Shown here piece after piece: positions 9,435 to 18,570 of a DNA stretch of 64,000 nucleotides. The first letter of the stretch is position 1, and each line of letters opens with the position of its first letter. The position numbers and the translations under genes were made by a program. The stretch is from Bdellovibrionales bacterium (GTDB lineage: Bacteria; Bdellovibrionota; Bdellovibrionia; Bdellovibrionales; JAGQZY01): NCBI GenBank assembly GCA_964230645.1, contig CAXRHT010000001.1, positions 512,001-576,000 on the forward strand. The letters run 5' to 3'. The notes beneath the pieces are model-generated. The model was not told the DNA's origin. It worked only from the letters and a program-made list of their open reading frames with translations, and did no database searches.

Positions 9435-10249
9435 ACTTTCACTTTTCGATAGCGAGCTTCAATTCCGCTATAGACTCCAAAAAGAAAAAGTCCCATGGCT
9501 AGCAGTGTGACAGCCACTGTACTATAGCCTGTCTGACCGGCTTTATTCCAAACCTCTGAGAAACTCAGCATTTCTGAGGCATCCACCTGTAACCCAGCAT
9601 AGACGGCGGAAACTCCAATTACCATAAAGATGACAGCTCGGGCAGTGAGGCCAGCTTTTGAGACTCCATCCAAAATCTTGTGATCTCCGGGAAAATCGAT
9701 ATGTTTTTTATAGGTCTCTTTGTAAGCCTTAACCAATTGACTGATTCCAAAACCGACAACAACAGCTCCAATGGCTACCGCAATCCATTGACCATAAGGA
9801 AGATTCATCAGAGAGCCTAAGGTTTCTTTTTTGCCTCCCGCCCCAGAGGATGAACCACTGCTAGTCACGACTCCCACAATTTTAAAGCAATAAACAGCGA
9901 GGGCTCCATGGGTAAGGGCACTTATAAAGAGTCCTGTGCGGATCGCCATACCCTTAACCTCGCTTCCATGTTGGTCCACATCAAGAAGAGACTGGGATAT
10001 TCTCCACACCGAATAGCAGACAAGGCCCAGTCCAAGAATTAAAACCAGATAGAGGCCAAAAGGGGAATCACTTAAGAAGCTAATCGCCCCTTTGGAGTCT
10101 GTCGTTTTACCATTACTCCCACCCCAAACCGAGAGCAGAGCGAGTCCACCGATACAAAGATAAATCACTGCGCGTGAAGAATAGCCGATGCGAGCTGCAT
10201 ATTCGAGCCATGCTTTTTTTGTTGAAGAGTTTGTCATAGTAGATTGCAC
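9431..10249 (-). CDS. DUF1206 membrane protein
   Basis: Three repeated units (ARIGYSSRAVIY...PFG; ...LPYGQW; KAGLTARAVIF...EARYRK). Start is GTG 10249 or ATG 10237. Confidence 0.8.
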   Translation of the reverse strand: MQSTMTNSSTKKAWLEYAARIGYSSRAVIYLCIGGLALLSVWGGSNGKTTDSKGAISFLSDSPFGLYLVLILGLGLVCYSVWRISQSLLDVDQHGSEVKGMAIRTGLFISALTHGALAVYCFKIVGVVTSSGSSSGAGGKKETLGSLMNLPYGQWIAVAIGAVVVGFGISQLVKAYKETYKKHIDFPGDHKILDGVSKAGLTARAVIFMVIGVSAVYAGLQVDASEMLSFSEVWNKAGQTGYSTVAVTLLAMGLFLFGVYSGIEARYRKVKV

Positions 10250-10406
10250 AAAACCGCCTTTGTAAATAATTATAAAGAGTTGAACCAACAACTTCTCTGA
10301 TAATGGTATAAAAACAACTCGATTTTACGTAAATTGAACGCGGCTGTGGTTTCATTTGGGTGGACAAATTGTATTGTTTTTTACACAAATTGCGCTTGAT
10401 AGGTCT

Positions 10407-11789
10407 TTACTGGGAAGTGGGAGCCTCTTCTTGGGGCGACTCGTCTTGCTCTCGGCACTGACCGTTTTCAATACTATTTAAAAATTGAGGGATCAGGGCA
10501 GCAACCATGGTTTCCTCATAGACAATGCGCATGGGAATAATGCGCTCTGAATCCACTTGAGGAGTTTGGACTTCGTCCACGGGCATAGGAGTTGTTCTCA
10601 CTCCGGTTCTACGATTCTCGATTTGCATGGGCTCATTGGCTGTGAAATGGAAAGTTCTATCCATATTTTCATGACGATAAAAAGAGTTATTTTCCCCAAT
10701 AATATAATTGTGACCATTCCTTGTTGTGATAGTGCGGCCTTGACATTGAAAGGACTGATACTCTGCAACTCTTCCCCTCCACTGATTCATCTGTGTTTCA
10801 ATGGCGTAACAGGCAAGCCTTCCACTCAATCCGTTACTGGCTTGATCAATCTCGCGCAAAAACTGCTCAGGGTTAACAATGGCCTGCTCGATATCTTTTT
10901 TAAAAACATTGAGAAGTGAATTCCCCGATCGCCCCACACAGTCTTCAATACTCCGTCCTTGGCTTTGATTAAGAGCTTCACTTCCACATTGATCGTCATA
11001 CATGACAGCAAGAATTATAGGTTTTGTGGTAGCAGATAAAGCATGGACAAGCCCGAACAAAGACCAAAATCTTAATCCGACTCGTGCAGCAAGGGCCCCA
11101 ATTTCTGCTTGTTTAAATAACATCAAGTTAACGCCTACGTTGGAAACCACAGAGTCAATAACCATAGGCGTTCCAATACGTGCCACAGGATCAGTGACAC
11201 TGAGTCCTCGATTAAAAGTGCCCACAAAACTGTAACGTGGTGTGGAGGCTCTGATGTTACCTAGATCTTCTACAACATTGGCACAGTTATTTTGATCAAA
11301 GCATCGGGTGATTCGATTGAGAAGCCGCAAATCATGGCGACACTTGCTGACTTCTAAATCAGTCAGAGGTGTTCGAAGCTGCTCTCTTAGACTAGGGTGA
11401 TTGGCACACTCTCGCACATTTTCTGCTAAGTTCTCTGAGCCAAAACTCGACATCACTTCTAAAGCTCTAGCCAGTGGTGTGGAAATGGGCTGTAAAATCT
11501 CGCGACGGGGGGATTGATTGCTACGAATAGAAGGCTCGCCAAAATCGTTATTCACAATTAACTGACGATGTCCCTGTGAGTTCTCTAAAAAATACTGCCC
11601 CGTCTGAGAATTAAAGATCAACTGCTGATCGGGACGATGGGAATACCGAAAAATACGAGATTGATTGGAAACTGTGAATCGGAATTCTTGAGAATCACTT
11701 ATCAGCTTAATACTTCTAGCGCTTTCACATTCAAGGGAAACATCCGCCAAAACAGGTTGGATATAAAGGAAGAACAAGATTGAAATCAT
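10407..11789 (-). CDS. Secreted hypothetical protein, Cys-containing, with a central hydrophobic segment
   Basis: 460-aa ORF with signal peptide MISILFFLYIQPVLA. No family recognised. Confidence 0.65.
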   Translation of the reverse strand: MISILFFLYIQPVLADVSLECESARSIKLISDSQEFRFTVSNQSRIFRYSHRPDQQLIFNSQTGQYFLENSQGHRQLIVNNDFGEPSIRSNQSPRREILQPISTPLARALEVMSSFGSENLAENVRECANHPSLREQLRTPLTDLEVSKCRHDLRLLNRITRCFDQNNCANVVEDLGNIRASTPRYSFVGTFNRGLSVTDPVARIGTPMVIDSVVSNVGVNLMLFKQAEIGALAARVGLRFWSLFGLVHALSATTKPIILAVMYDDQCGSEALNQSQGRSIEDCVGRSGNSLLNVFKKDIEQAIVNPEQFLREIDQASNGLSGRLACYAIETQMNQWRGRVAEYQSFQCQGRTITTRNGHNYIIGENNSFYRHENMDRTFHFTANEPMQIENRRTGVRTTPMPVDEVQTPQVDSERIIPMRIVYEETMVAALIPQFLNSIENGQCREQDESPQEEAPTSQ

Positions 11790-11798
11790 TTAATTTAC

Positions 11799-12995
11799 TT
11801 AACCGAATCGATAGTAGCCTTTTTTAGGCACTGTTATTGTTAAAATTCCATCTTCGTAGGTTTTTACAACGGCCTCATGTTCGGCGGGTTTTTCAAGTTT
11901 AAAATCTTGGCGAATCGTCTGGGCGATATTCGTACCCACCTTTTCATTGCCATTATTGTACTCTTGTTCGTGCTCTCTAGCAGCGTGTAAAGAAATTTTA
12001 TCAGGCTGTACATGCACTCGGACATTTTTCATCTCATGCTCAGGAACCGTCGCCTTGACCTCGTAAAAAGCCTCGCCTTCTGTCATTTCAGCTCCCAAAT
12101 CGACAAGTTGATAAAAGGGATCATTTTGTCGTTCTTCGTAGAACTCAGCATTGGCGATAAAGTTTTTACGTACTTTAAAAAGCTCCTCTTCGTATCGATT
12201 TTTCTGATTCGATAAGGAGCCCTTATTCATTCTTTCGTTTTCCTGATATTTTTTCGTATATTCTTTTCTTTGCTCTTTAATCTCACCTTGAAAGTACTCT
12301 TCATCTTTATCGAGTTTATTGTGGTAGTAGTTATGCTGATTCTTTTTCACCGCTTGAAAATTTTCTCTATTATGCTCAAGCTCATCGCGATGAGCTTTTC
12401 GTTGCGCAGCCTCAGTCTGCTTATATTTATCACGGCGCTCTTTTATATTCTCCTGCCCATGCTGTTCAATGCGCTGTACTTCAGAGTTGTAGGATTTTTG
12501 GAGCGAATGAAGTCTTTCCTGGTTCTGTGATTGTTTTTTACGAGCTAAAAAACGCCCTTCTTTGTCAATATGCTCAAGCTGCTGTTCACGGTGAGCTTTG
12601 GCTTCCATGGTTTTTTTGCGGTATTGATCTCTGGTGTCTATATAGTGATCTTTTTCTGATTGGGATTGTAATTTTAATTTGATATTTTCTTGTTTTCTCT
12701 TGTGAGCCGCTTCCTGGTAATCTCTTTGAGCTTGGAGGTTTTGCTTCTGAATTCGAGCTTGGTGGGTAAGCTTCTCATTTTTTACAAACCGATCATTTTG
12801 TAACTTCATTCTTTCGAGTTGATGGTGCTGCTCATTTTGAAGCTGCTTTTTTTCTAGAGCATGCCTTGCTCTGAGCTCTTCCATGGTTTCACGGTGCTCA
12901 TTTTTGTTGCGATTGACTTGTCGCTGATGAGATTGATCCAATCGTTGCATTTGCTCGCGATGATTGGCTTTTTTTACCGAATACTCCGAAGCCAC
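11799..12995 (-). CDS. Long charged coiled-coil protein with a C-terminal Hsp20/alpha-crystallin domain
   Basis: About 290 aa of Q/E/K/R/H-rich helix, then YEVKATVP...VRVHV...TYEDGILTITVPK. GTG 12995 follows a purine-rich RBS (ORF track starts at 13043). Confidence 0.75.
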   Translation of the reverse strand: MASEYSVKKANHREQMQRLDQSHQRQVNRNKNEHRETMEELRARHALEKKQLQNEQHHQLERMKLQNDRFVKNEKLTHQARIQKQNLQAQRDYQEAAHKRKQENIKLKLQSQSEKDHYIDTRDQYRKKTMEAKAHREQQLEHIDKEGRFLARKKQSQNQERLHSLQKSYNSEVQRIEQHGQENIKERRDKYKQTEAAQRKAHRDELEHNRENFQAVKKNQHNYYHNKLDKDEEYFQGEIKEQRKEYTKKYQENERMNKGSLSNQKNRYEEELFKVRKNFIANAEFYEERQNDPFYQLVDLGAEMTEGEAFYEVKATVPEHEMKNVRVHVQPDKISLHAAREHEQEYNNGNEKVGTNIAQTIRQDFKLEKPAEHEAVVKTYEDGILTITVPKKGYYRFG

Positions 12996-13095
12996 GGACT
13001 TCCCTTTCCTTCCTGGATTAAGATTGATTCGTTCCTGAATCAAAAGACAATAAAGTAATTTGTCTTAGGCTTAGAATATCATGTTATCGGGGCTT

Positions 13096-13383
13096 TTAGC
13101 CTTCTGGGCCTAAATTTTCCGACTTTAGTGTGTCGGCTGTGACTGGTCTTTTGCAGAGGGGCTTGAACATACCGTAAGATCTCTTCCAACACATCCAGTG
13201 ATCAACGAGCTCAACTCTCTCATCACGACTAAGGTGATGATACTCTGGATACTGAATCCAATCCAAGGTGGAATAAACCTTACGACTCTTACCTGTCTTT
13301 TCGTTGACGATATTAAGCTCGTAAACCCGATACTCCGCCTGGACAAAGGTTAAATTGAATAAAAGCAAAAGAAACCATTTCAT
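13096..13383 (-). CDS. Small secreted hypothetical protein
   Basis: Signal peptide ending VQA-EYRV. Motifs STLDWIQY and WMCW with two Cys. Confidence 0.7.
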   Translation of the reverse strand: MKWFLLLLFNLTFVQAEYRVYELNIVNEKTGKSRKVYSTLDWIQYPEYHHLSRDERVELVDHWMCWKRSYGMFKPLCKRPVTADTLKSENLGPEG

Positions 13384-13390
13384 GGCTTCT

Positions 13391-13417
13391 TTATCGGTAC
13401 TTAAGTTCCAACTCTAA
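13391..13417 (-). promoter_or_regulatory. Putative sigma28 (FliA) promoter
   Basis: TTAG-N15-ACCGATAA on the minus strand, 7 nt before ATG 13383. Confidence 0.5.
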
Positions 13418-14451
13418 AGGGCTAAATTCGAAGAGGAATAGTGGAGAAGATGACTCGAAAGATACTCAATCGCTGTTTTCAAGCTCTGATCCCTTTGAAC
13501 ATAATTATCATTTTGATAGAAAAGGTCTTCGAGGCGATTTAAGGTCTCAGATTCATCTAAACCCAATTCTTCAGAAAGGTAGTTAAAGGGGTAGGTTGTC
13601 ACATAATTATCAATATGGCTTGGAGCCACATCACCAGAAGCTTCCTTCTGAAAAATATTGTGGTGAATCAGAGCCATAATAACTCCATGATGATCCGATA
13701 AAAAACGCTCATCAATTTGCAACGACTCAAGCTGAGGTGCTGCCGCCACTTCCAAACTCTCCACATACTGATTGATCCAAGGGTCATACTCATCTCCGTT
13801 ACCAAGGGAGTGACCTAAAAGATTTTGCAATCGATTCTGGCGATTAATAAAAACCAATCGTCTCATAGCCGAATGAAAGCCCTCATGAGCAACAATCAAA
13901 TTATCATCAAAATTAGAAGGACGATAAACTTCATACACAACTCCCACATCAGCCATAATACTCGAAAGCGCCGAATTCTTAGGAGAAGCTTTCACATCCA
14001 CCATTTTATCGGAAATAAAAGCAGGCACATTCTCACTCCCATACTGCGATAATAGCGCTCCTTGAAATAAAAGTGTGGAAGCGTCCTCATGAAGCGCAAT
14101 CTGCACCTCCCGCCGAGCCACCCGGTTCATTTCAATTCTCAAAGAAGGTCTCACCCCGCTTTCAAAAAAATAATCAAAAAGCTCATCTTCCAATTTCGCA
14201 AGCGTAAACAAAACACTATCTTTCTGATTAAACTGTGTCGACTCCCCACGATCCCAAAGACTTTCCCGTAAAATGAAACCCTGAATATCTTCTTCACTAA
14301 AAGAAGGGTAACTATGATTCTCCAAATAATAGCGAAGCTCCAAAAACGCCTCTTCATTAAAACGAGAAAGCACAGAACTCTCTGGAACCGAAAGTCCAGA
14401 AGCCGGAAAAGCAAAAAAAATGTGAATTAAAATGATCCCAACAAATCGCAC
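13414..14451 (-). CDS. Secreted hypothetical protein with an HExxH motif, possible zincin
   Basis: GTG 14451 follows a GGGGG RBS and gives a signal peptide. Motif VAHEGFHS. Confidence 0.6.
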   Translation of the reverse strand: MRFVGIILIHIFFAFPASGLSVPESSVLSRFNEEAFLELRYYLENHSYPSFSEEDIQGFILRESLWDRGESTQFNQKDSVLFTLAKLEDELFDYFFESGVRPSLRIEMNRVARREVQIALHEDASTLLFQGALLSQYGSENVPAFISDKMVDVKASPKNSALSSIMADVGVVYEVYRPSNFDDNLIVAHEGFHSAMRRLVFINRQNRLQNLLGHSLGNGDEYDPWINQYVESLEVAAAPQLESLQIDERFLSDHHGVIMALIHHNIFQKEASGDVAPSHIDNYVTTYPFNYLSEELGLDESETLNRLEDLFYQNDNYVQRDQSLKTAIEYLSSHLLHYSSSNLAL

Positions 14452-14556
14452 TAAATACCCCCGATTCAGTGGGTACCACCCTAAAATGAACCATGGAGCA
14501 TAAACAGAACAAACCCAAAGTTTGAACATTTTACAGCGACAAGATAGCAAAAAAAA

Positions 14557-14752
14557 GGCCACGGCCGTTCTATGCATTCCTGAAATTCGAAATTATGAAA
14601 GCTTTTGGGGAAGGCTCAAGCGGCGAGCGCTGCGTATCTCGTGAAGCAGCACGCAGTGATGCATCACGGGAGACGAAGTGCACCCGTCCGCGTGCCTGCC
14701 CCAAAAGCTTTCATAATTTCGAATTTCAGGAATGCATAGAACGGCCATGGCC
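14557..14752. repeat. 196-bp palindromic (MITE/RPE-like) element: 59-bp inverted arms with 2 mismatches and a structured centre
   Basis: Arms at 14557-14615 and 14694-14752. An A8 run at 14549-14556 gives a U-tract on the minus strand. Confidence 0.9.
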
Positions 14753-14762
14753 GCCCCAATCT

Positions 14763-15080
14763 TCAATGACGAATCTTATCCTTAGTGATCATCGAATTCT
14801 CAACGATCTTAAAGTAAGCTCGGATCAAAAGCGACTGCTCATCTTCCCCAAGAGTTTTCAGAAAGTCCCTCTTCTCAGAATACTTTTTAAGACTGATAAA
14901 TTTATAAAGAACCTCTTGGATCTTTTTAAGTTTATCGATGTCTTTTTCATCCTGGTGCCTTTTGGCATCATTGAGCGCCAAGATGATTTCGTTTTTCTCA
15001 AATAAAAGGTGCATGCCCTTTGACGATTGCAAGATGAGATTGTCCATCTGCTCTAAACACTCGTAGGTCAAATCTTCCAC
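14763..15080 (-). CDS. Hypothetical protein, 105 aa
   Basis: AAGGAGG RBS precedes GTG 15080 (MEDLTYECLEQMDNLILQSSKG...). Helical and soluble. Confidence 0.7.
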   Translation of the reverse strand: MEDLTYECLEQMDNLILQSSKGMHLLFEKNEIILALNDAKRHQDEKDIDKLKKIQEVLYKFISLKKYSEKRDFLKTLGEDEQSLLIRAYFKIVENSMITKDKIRH

Positions 15081-15277
15081 CTTCGCCTCCTTGCGATGGG
15101 TTCGTCCATGAACATGAAAATAATCAGTCTGTACTATTATTTTGAAATGAAACGCACGAGCCTTGCAAGTCCATTTATTGAGACAGAGGGAAGGCCTCGC
15201 TAAAATAGGGCATTTCATTATGACACGTTTAATCATGGGCGTAGCTTTCAAGGCGGAAAACCGGGTATCATTAGGGA

Positions 15278-16126
15278 GTGAGTCGAAAAAAAGAGAATGC
15301 GATGCCCGAAGAAGAGACGATAATTATCGACAAGGAAAACGACCTGATCTTTCATAGTGAAGAAGAGGTCCTAAAACACTTTGCTGAGCCAATTCAGCAA
15401 CTTGAGAAAGAATTTCTCAACCTGAGGACCAAAGAAGACTTCAGCGATGAAGAGGCTGGGGGGAAAGAGGCCGAACTTGAGGACCTCCTGCACTCCCCTG
15501 ACGAAGTGTGGGAAGACTCCGAAAGTGTCGAGGGCACGGTAATATACAATTTTATCAAATGTTTTGAAGACGAAGAAAACGAAGATATTTATTTCTACGT
15601 AGCCTTGGCTTATTTAGCTGATGATATACCCACTTTTGTGTTTCTCCACTTCCCTACCCGCTACGATGCTCTGTGCGAGCATTACCGTCGGGGTGATCTG
15701 GTTTATGACAAAACCCAAGAGGACATCGGTTATGGCGGCATTGATGGTGATGCCTTGACGGAAGGTGACGAGCTCGCCTCCGGGCTCTATAAAGCTATGC
15801 TGATCGTAAGAAACCCCAACGATATTGATGAGGAGCTCTTTAAAAACTACTCAGAACTTCGTGAAGAAACCATTGAGGAAGCCGATGAAATTTGGCGCAA
15901 TACCACAATGGGGGGATACACATTGGTGACATTTATTAAAGACTTTTCACGCGCCGAAGAAGGGGCGGAAACCCTTTATTACCTGGCTGTAACATTAGAA
16001 GATGAAGGCTCAAACTCTCACGCCCTTATGTTCTCTTTTCCCACCAATGATGAAAATTTGGTGGACCGCTACCGCCACGGTGAAAATCTGCAGGCTGAAG
16101 AAGTGGTTCAGGAAAGCAGCCACTAG
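15278..16126 (+). CDS. Acidic protein with two tandem PDEVW/ADEIW domains (PBECR2 nuclease-fold-like)
   Basis: Internal duplication: PDEVW...FIK...HFPT...YRRG versus ADEIW...FIK...SFPT...YRHG. Fold name is from memory. Confidence 0.6.
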   Translation: MSRKKENAMPEEETIIIDKENDLIFHSEEEVLKHFAEPIQQLEKEFLNLRTKEDFSDEEAGGKEAELEDLLHSPDEVWEDSESVEGTVIYNFIKCFEDEENEDIYFYVALAYLADDIPTFVFLHFPTRYDALCEHYRRGDLVYDKTQEDIGYGGIDGDALTEGDELASGLYKAMLIVRNPNDIDEELFKNYSELREETIEEADEIWRNTTMGGYTLVTFIKDFSRAEEGAETLYYLAVTLEDEGSNSHALMFSFPTNDENLVDRYRHGENLQAEEVVQESSH

Positions 16127-16209
16127 GTTCATTTGAAATTTAAGATAGTGAAATTGTTGTTTGACACTGGGGCCTAAGGATTAAGCCCGAAGGTTAAAAT
16201 CGGGAGGGA

Positions 16210-16437
16210 TTAGGTGCGCTTCTTTGAACCAAGAATTTGCTCTAGTTCAGAGTTCATAAACCCTAAACGCTGCTGTAGGTCATCGAGCATAAGGATATTG
16301 GATTTAAGCCGCTCGATGGCATCAAGCTCGATCTCCCCATCTTGATAATGCTTCGGAGCCTGATAAGAATGGCTCCCATGTTGGGGTAGAGCTGTTTCAG
16401 CTGTTTGCTTTTCGTTATCTTTCTGTCTTAAACCCAT
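16210..16437 (-). CDS. Small hypothetical protein with a C-terminal coiled coil
   Basis: 75-aa ORF with a purine-rich RBS and heptad pattern IERLKSNILMLDDLQQRLGFMNSELE. Confidence 0.6.
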   Translation of the reverse strand: MGLRQKDNEKQTAETALPQHGSHSYQAPKHYQDGEIELDAIERLKSNILMLDDLQQRLGFMNSELEQILGSKKRT

Positions 16438-16523
16438 AATTTTTCTTTCCTCTATCTTTGAGCCTAGGCCTATAGACTAGGCACTGACAAATTATAAAAC
16501 CTTAAAGTCTCTCATCGGAAATA

Positions 16524-17180
16524 TTAATACTCACAAGCTAGTGAAGCCCGATCCACCTCTGCTAATTCAGCTCGAAATTGTCCGTACTGTAATTTTGAAT
16601 GCATAACTGAATTAAGGCTCGGTTCATCGATATGACCAAGTCCTAACACGTGGCCTAACTCATGAATCATCAGACTTTTAAACTGAACTCTGCCCGAATT
16701 TGACTGTATGGCCACGTCATCAAAATAAAAGTTCTCTGAGGCATCAATGAGTATGTCTGACTCGTAGATAAAGTCGCCTCGAAAACTAATGCTGGTTCTC
16801 GCCTGCTCATCTTTAGCCGCTGAGTTTTCAAATGTTTCTTTAGCCACTACATAAATTCCATTGTAGCCGTCAGGAACCACTTGCCCTTGCCCGCTCAAAA
16901 TCGGAGCTGGTAGATCTTGAGTCCTTCCAATTAATTCAAAGACAGGGCGATCAAACTCTTCGTTCCATACGTTCATGGCCGCTACAATTCCGCGATACAT
17001 ATCATCGGAAATACTGTCATCTGCATAAAACTGAATGGGAAAATTCACCCATGAGACGCGACGACTAAAAGAATTTTGCACAAAGTTACAGGCCTCTTCC
17101 GCTGGCGGCGGATTGGGACAGGCGGTTAACAATATAAGAGTCGCCACTAAGAGAATGCTGTTATGTAACTTCTTGAACAT
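16524..17180 (-). CDS. Matrixin-like (M10/metzincin) zinc metalloprotease lipoprotein
   Basis: Lipobox LTAC, HELGHVLGLGH motif and Met-turn SVM. Confidence 0.85.
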   Translation of the reverse strand: MFKKLHNSILLVATLILLTACPNPPPAEEACNFVQNSFSRRVSWVNFPIQFYADDSISDDMYRGIVAAMNVWNEEFDRPVFELIGRTQDLPAPILSGQGQVVPDGYNGIYVVAKETFENSAAKDEQARTSISFRGDFIYESDILIDASENFYFDDVAIQSNSGRVQFKSLMIHELGHVLGLGHIDEPSLNSVMHSKLQYGQFRAELAEVDRASLACEY

Positions 17181-17418
17181 GTCTTTATTTAATACAAAGA
17201 TGGGGCCAGGTGGCGAGGAGGACTTAAGTTGTTGCAATTATTACAAAAAAGCTATTTTGCTGATTTTTCTCGTTTCGCCTTAAATGTCAGCTCATTTGTA
17301 ACTCTTTCAACTCTGACAAAATAGCATCCTAAGTACCTGAATTTAAAAGAGAAAAAACTGTAAAAAAACTAGACACTCAAATTCCAAGAACCGCCCCTCA
17401 CCGTCAACAAAAAGACAA

Positions 17419-17481
17419 TAAGGTGCCTGGCTCCTTTGGGTAACGCGAAGCTGCTACCAATGGGAAGCAGGTACCTTTTGG
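17419..17481. repeat. Degenerate copy of the 4428-4611 REP-like family
   Basis: GGGTAACGCGAAGCTGCTACCAATGGGAAGCAGGTACCTTTTGG matches the right arm of the 4428 element and is preceded by AAGGTGCCTGGCTCCTTT. It lies just after the hslO stop. Confidence 0.75.
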
Positions 17482-17484
17482 GGG

Positions 17485-18396
17485 TTAGTGGACTTTGGCT
17501 TTTCCGGATTCTTTGTAGATGAGGCTGATTTCTTCGTAATCAAAGCCGTAGACAAGGCCGCACATTTCGCAATCGACGTTGAGGATCTCTTTGGACTGAA
17601 GAATCTCTTCGAAGTCTTTGGCGTCTAATAATAGAAGGGAGTTTTTAGCCTTTTCTTTAGAACATGTGCAGGCGTATTCCACATCATGCTGTTTGATTGG
17701 GTTCATTTCAATTTCACCGAGGTGGTTCGCTAAAAGGCCGCGGTGATCCTGGCCGTCTTCAATCAACTGGGATAGGGGGTGGGCCAACTGTTGCTGTCCC
17801 TCAATCATTTTTAAAGTCTCTTCGGTGTGACCGGGCATCAATTCAATCAAAACCCCACCAGCGGCAATGATCTTGCCCTCTTCTCCAATTTTTACACTCA
17901 AAGAAATTAAACAGGGAATCTGCATGGATTGATTTAAGAAATAGGCTATATCCTCACCAATTTCACCACTTTGAATTTCCACCTGACTGATGCGAGGGTG
18001 TTTTTGATGGGGAGTGTAGGTAATCCCTTGCAAAACACCTTCGCCGATCAAAGGCTTTAAGGACAAAGAGTTATTCTCTAAGGAGAGAGGGGCCTCTTTT
18101 TCGCTAATGTAGCCGCGACAGAGGCCATCATACTGAGCATGGGAGAAAATCTTTTTAATGGTTTTCGAGCCACTGACTTGAAAGGAGTGGGCTTGCTCAT
18201 CTTTTAATTGGCTTGCCACAAGAACGGTTCCTATAAGAAGGCGTCCAAGGGCCACCGAAGACGAGGGTGAAGTTTTTTGAAGCACACACACTTCTTCCAC
18301 CAGCTCCGTCATTTTAACCACGGACGCACGTACGGTTTTGTCTTTGGATAAAAAACCGATGAGTTCGCCTTTTTTCTGCACTGGGTGATTTGACAT
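17485..18396 (-). CDS. hslO: Hsp33 redox-regulated chaperone
   Basis: ALGRLL, SGEIGEDIAYFLNQS and AAGGVLIELMPG motifs. C-terminal zinc site CTCS...CEMC. Confidence 0.92.
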   Translation of the reverse strand: MSNHPVQKKGELIGFLSKDKTVRASVVKMTELVEEVCVLQKTSPSSSVALGRLLIGTVLVASQLKDEQAHSFQVSGSKTIKKIFSHAQYDGLCRGYISEKEAPLSLENNSLSLKPLIGEGVLQGITYTPHQKHPRISQVEIQSGEIGEDIAYFLNQSMQIPCLISLSVKIGEEGKIIAAGGVLIELMPGHTEETLKMIEGQQQLAHPLSQLIEDGQDHRGLLANHLGEIEMNPIKQHDVEYACTCSKEKAKNSLLLLDAKDFEEILQSKEILNVDCEMCGLVYGFDYEEISLIYKESGKAKVH

Positions 18397-18484
18397 GGCG
18401 CTAAGCTAACACTCCCCTACAAAAAAGGCTAGCCCCTGTTTGGGCTTTTCGTGGAGAGCGAATAGACTGACAGCTTCCTCATAA

Positions 18485-18529
18485 TCATCCTCGTCGCCGC
18501 CGTCGCCGTCGTCTTTGCATCGCTTCCAA
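18485..18529 (-). other. Candidate leader peptide (uORF) MEAMQRRRRRRRRG upstream of hslO
   Basis: GGAGGG SD, 6 nt, then TTG (ATG at 18520). Eight consecutive Arg codons AGA/CGA/CGG. Stop TGA at 18487-18485. Confidence 0.3.
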
Positions 18530-18570
18530 GGGCTTCCCTCCGTCCCCAGAAATTCGTATGATCAACGACT

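Noticed and set aside
14595..15005. 136-aa plus-strand ORF
   Set aside because: It starts inside the palindrome and runs antisense to a gene with a strong RBS, so it is likely spurious.
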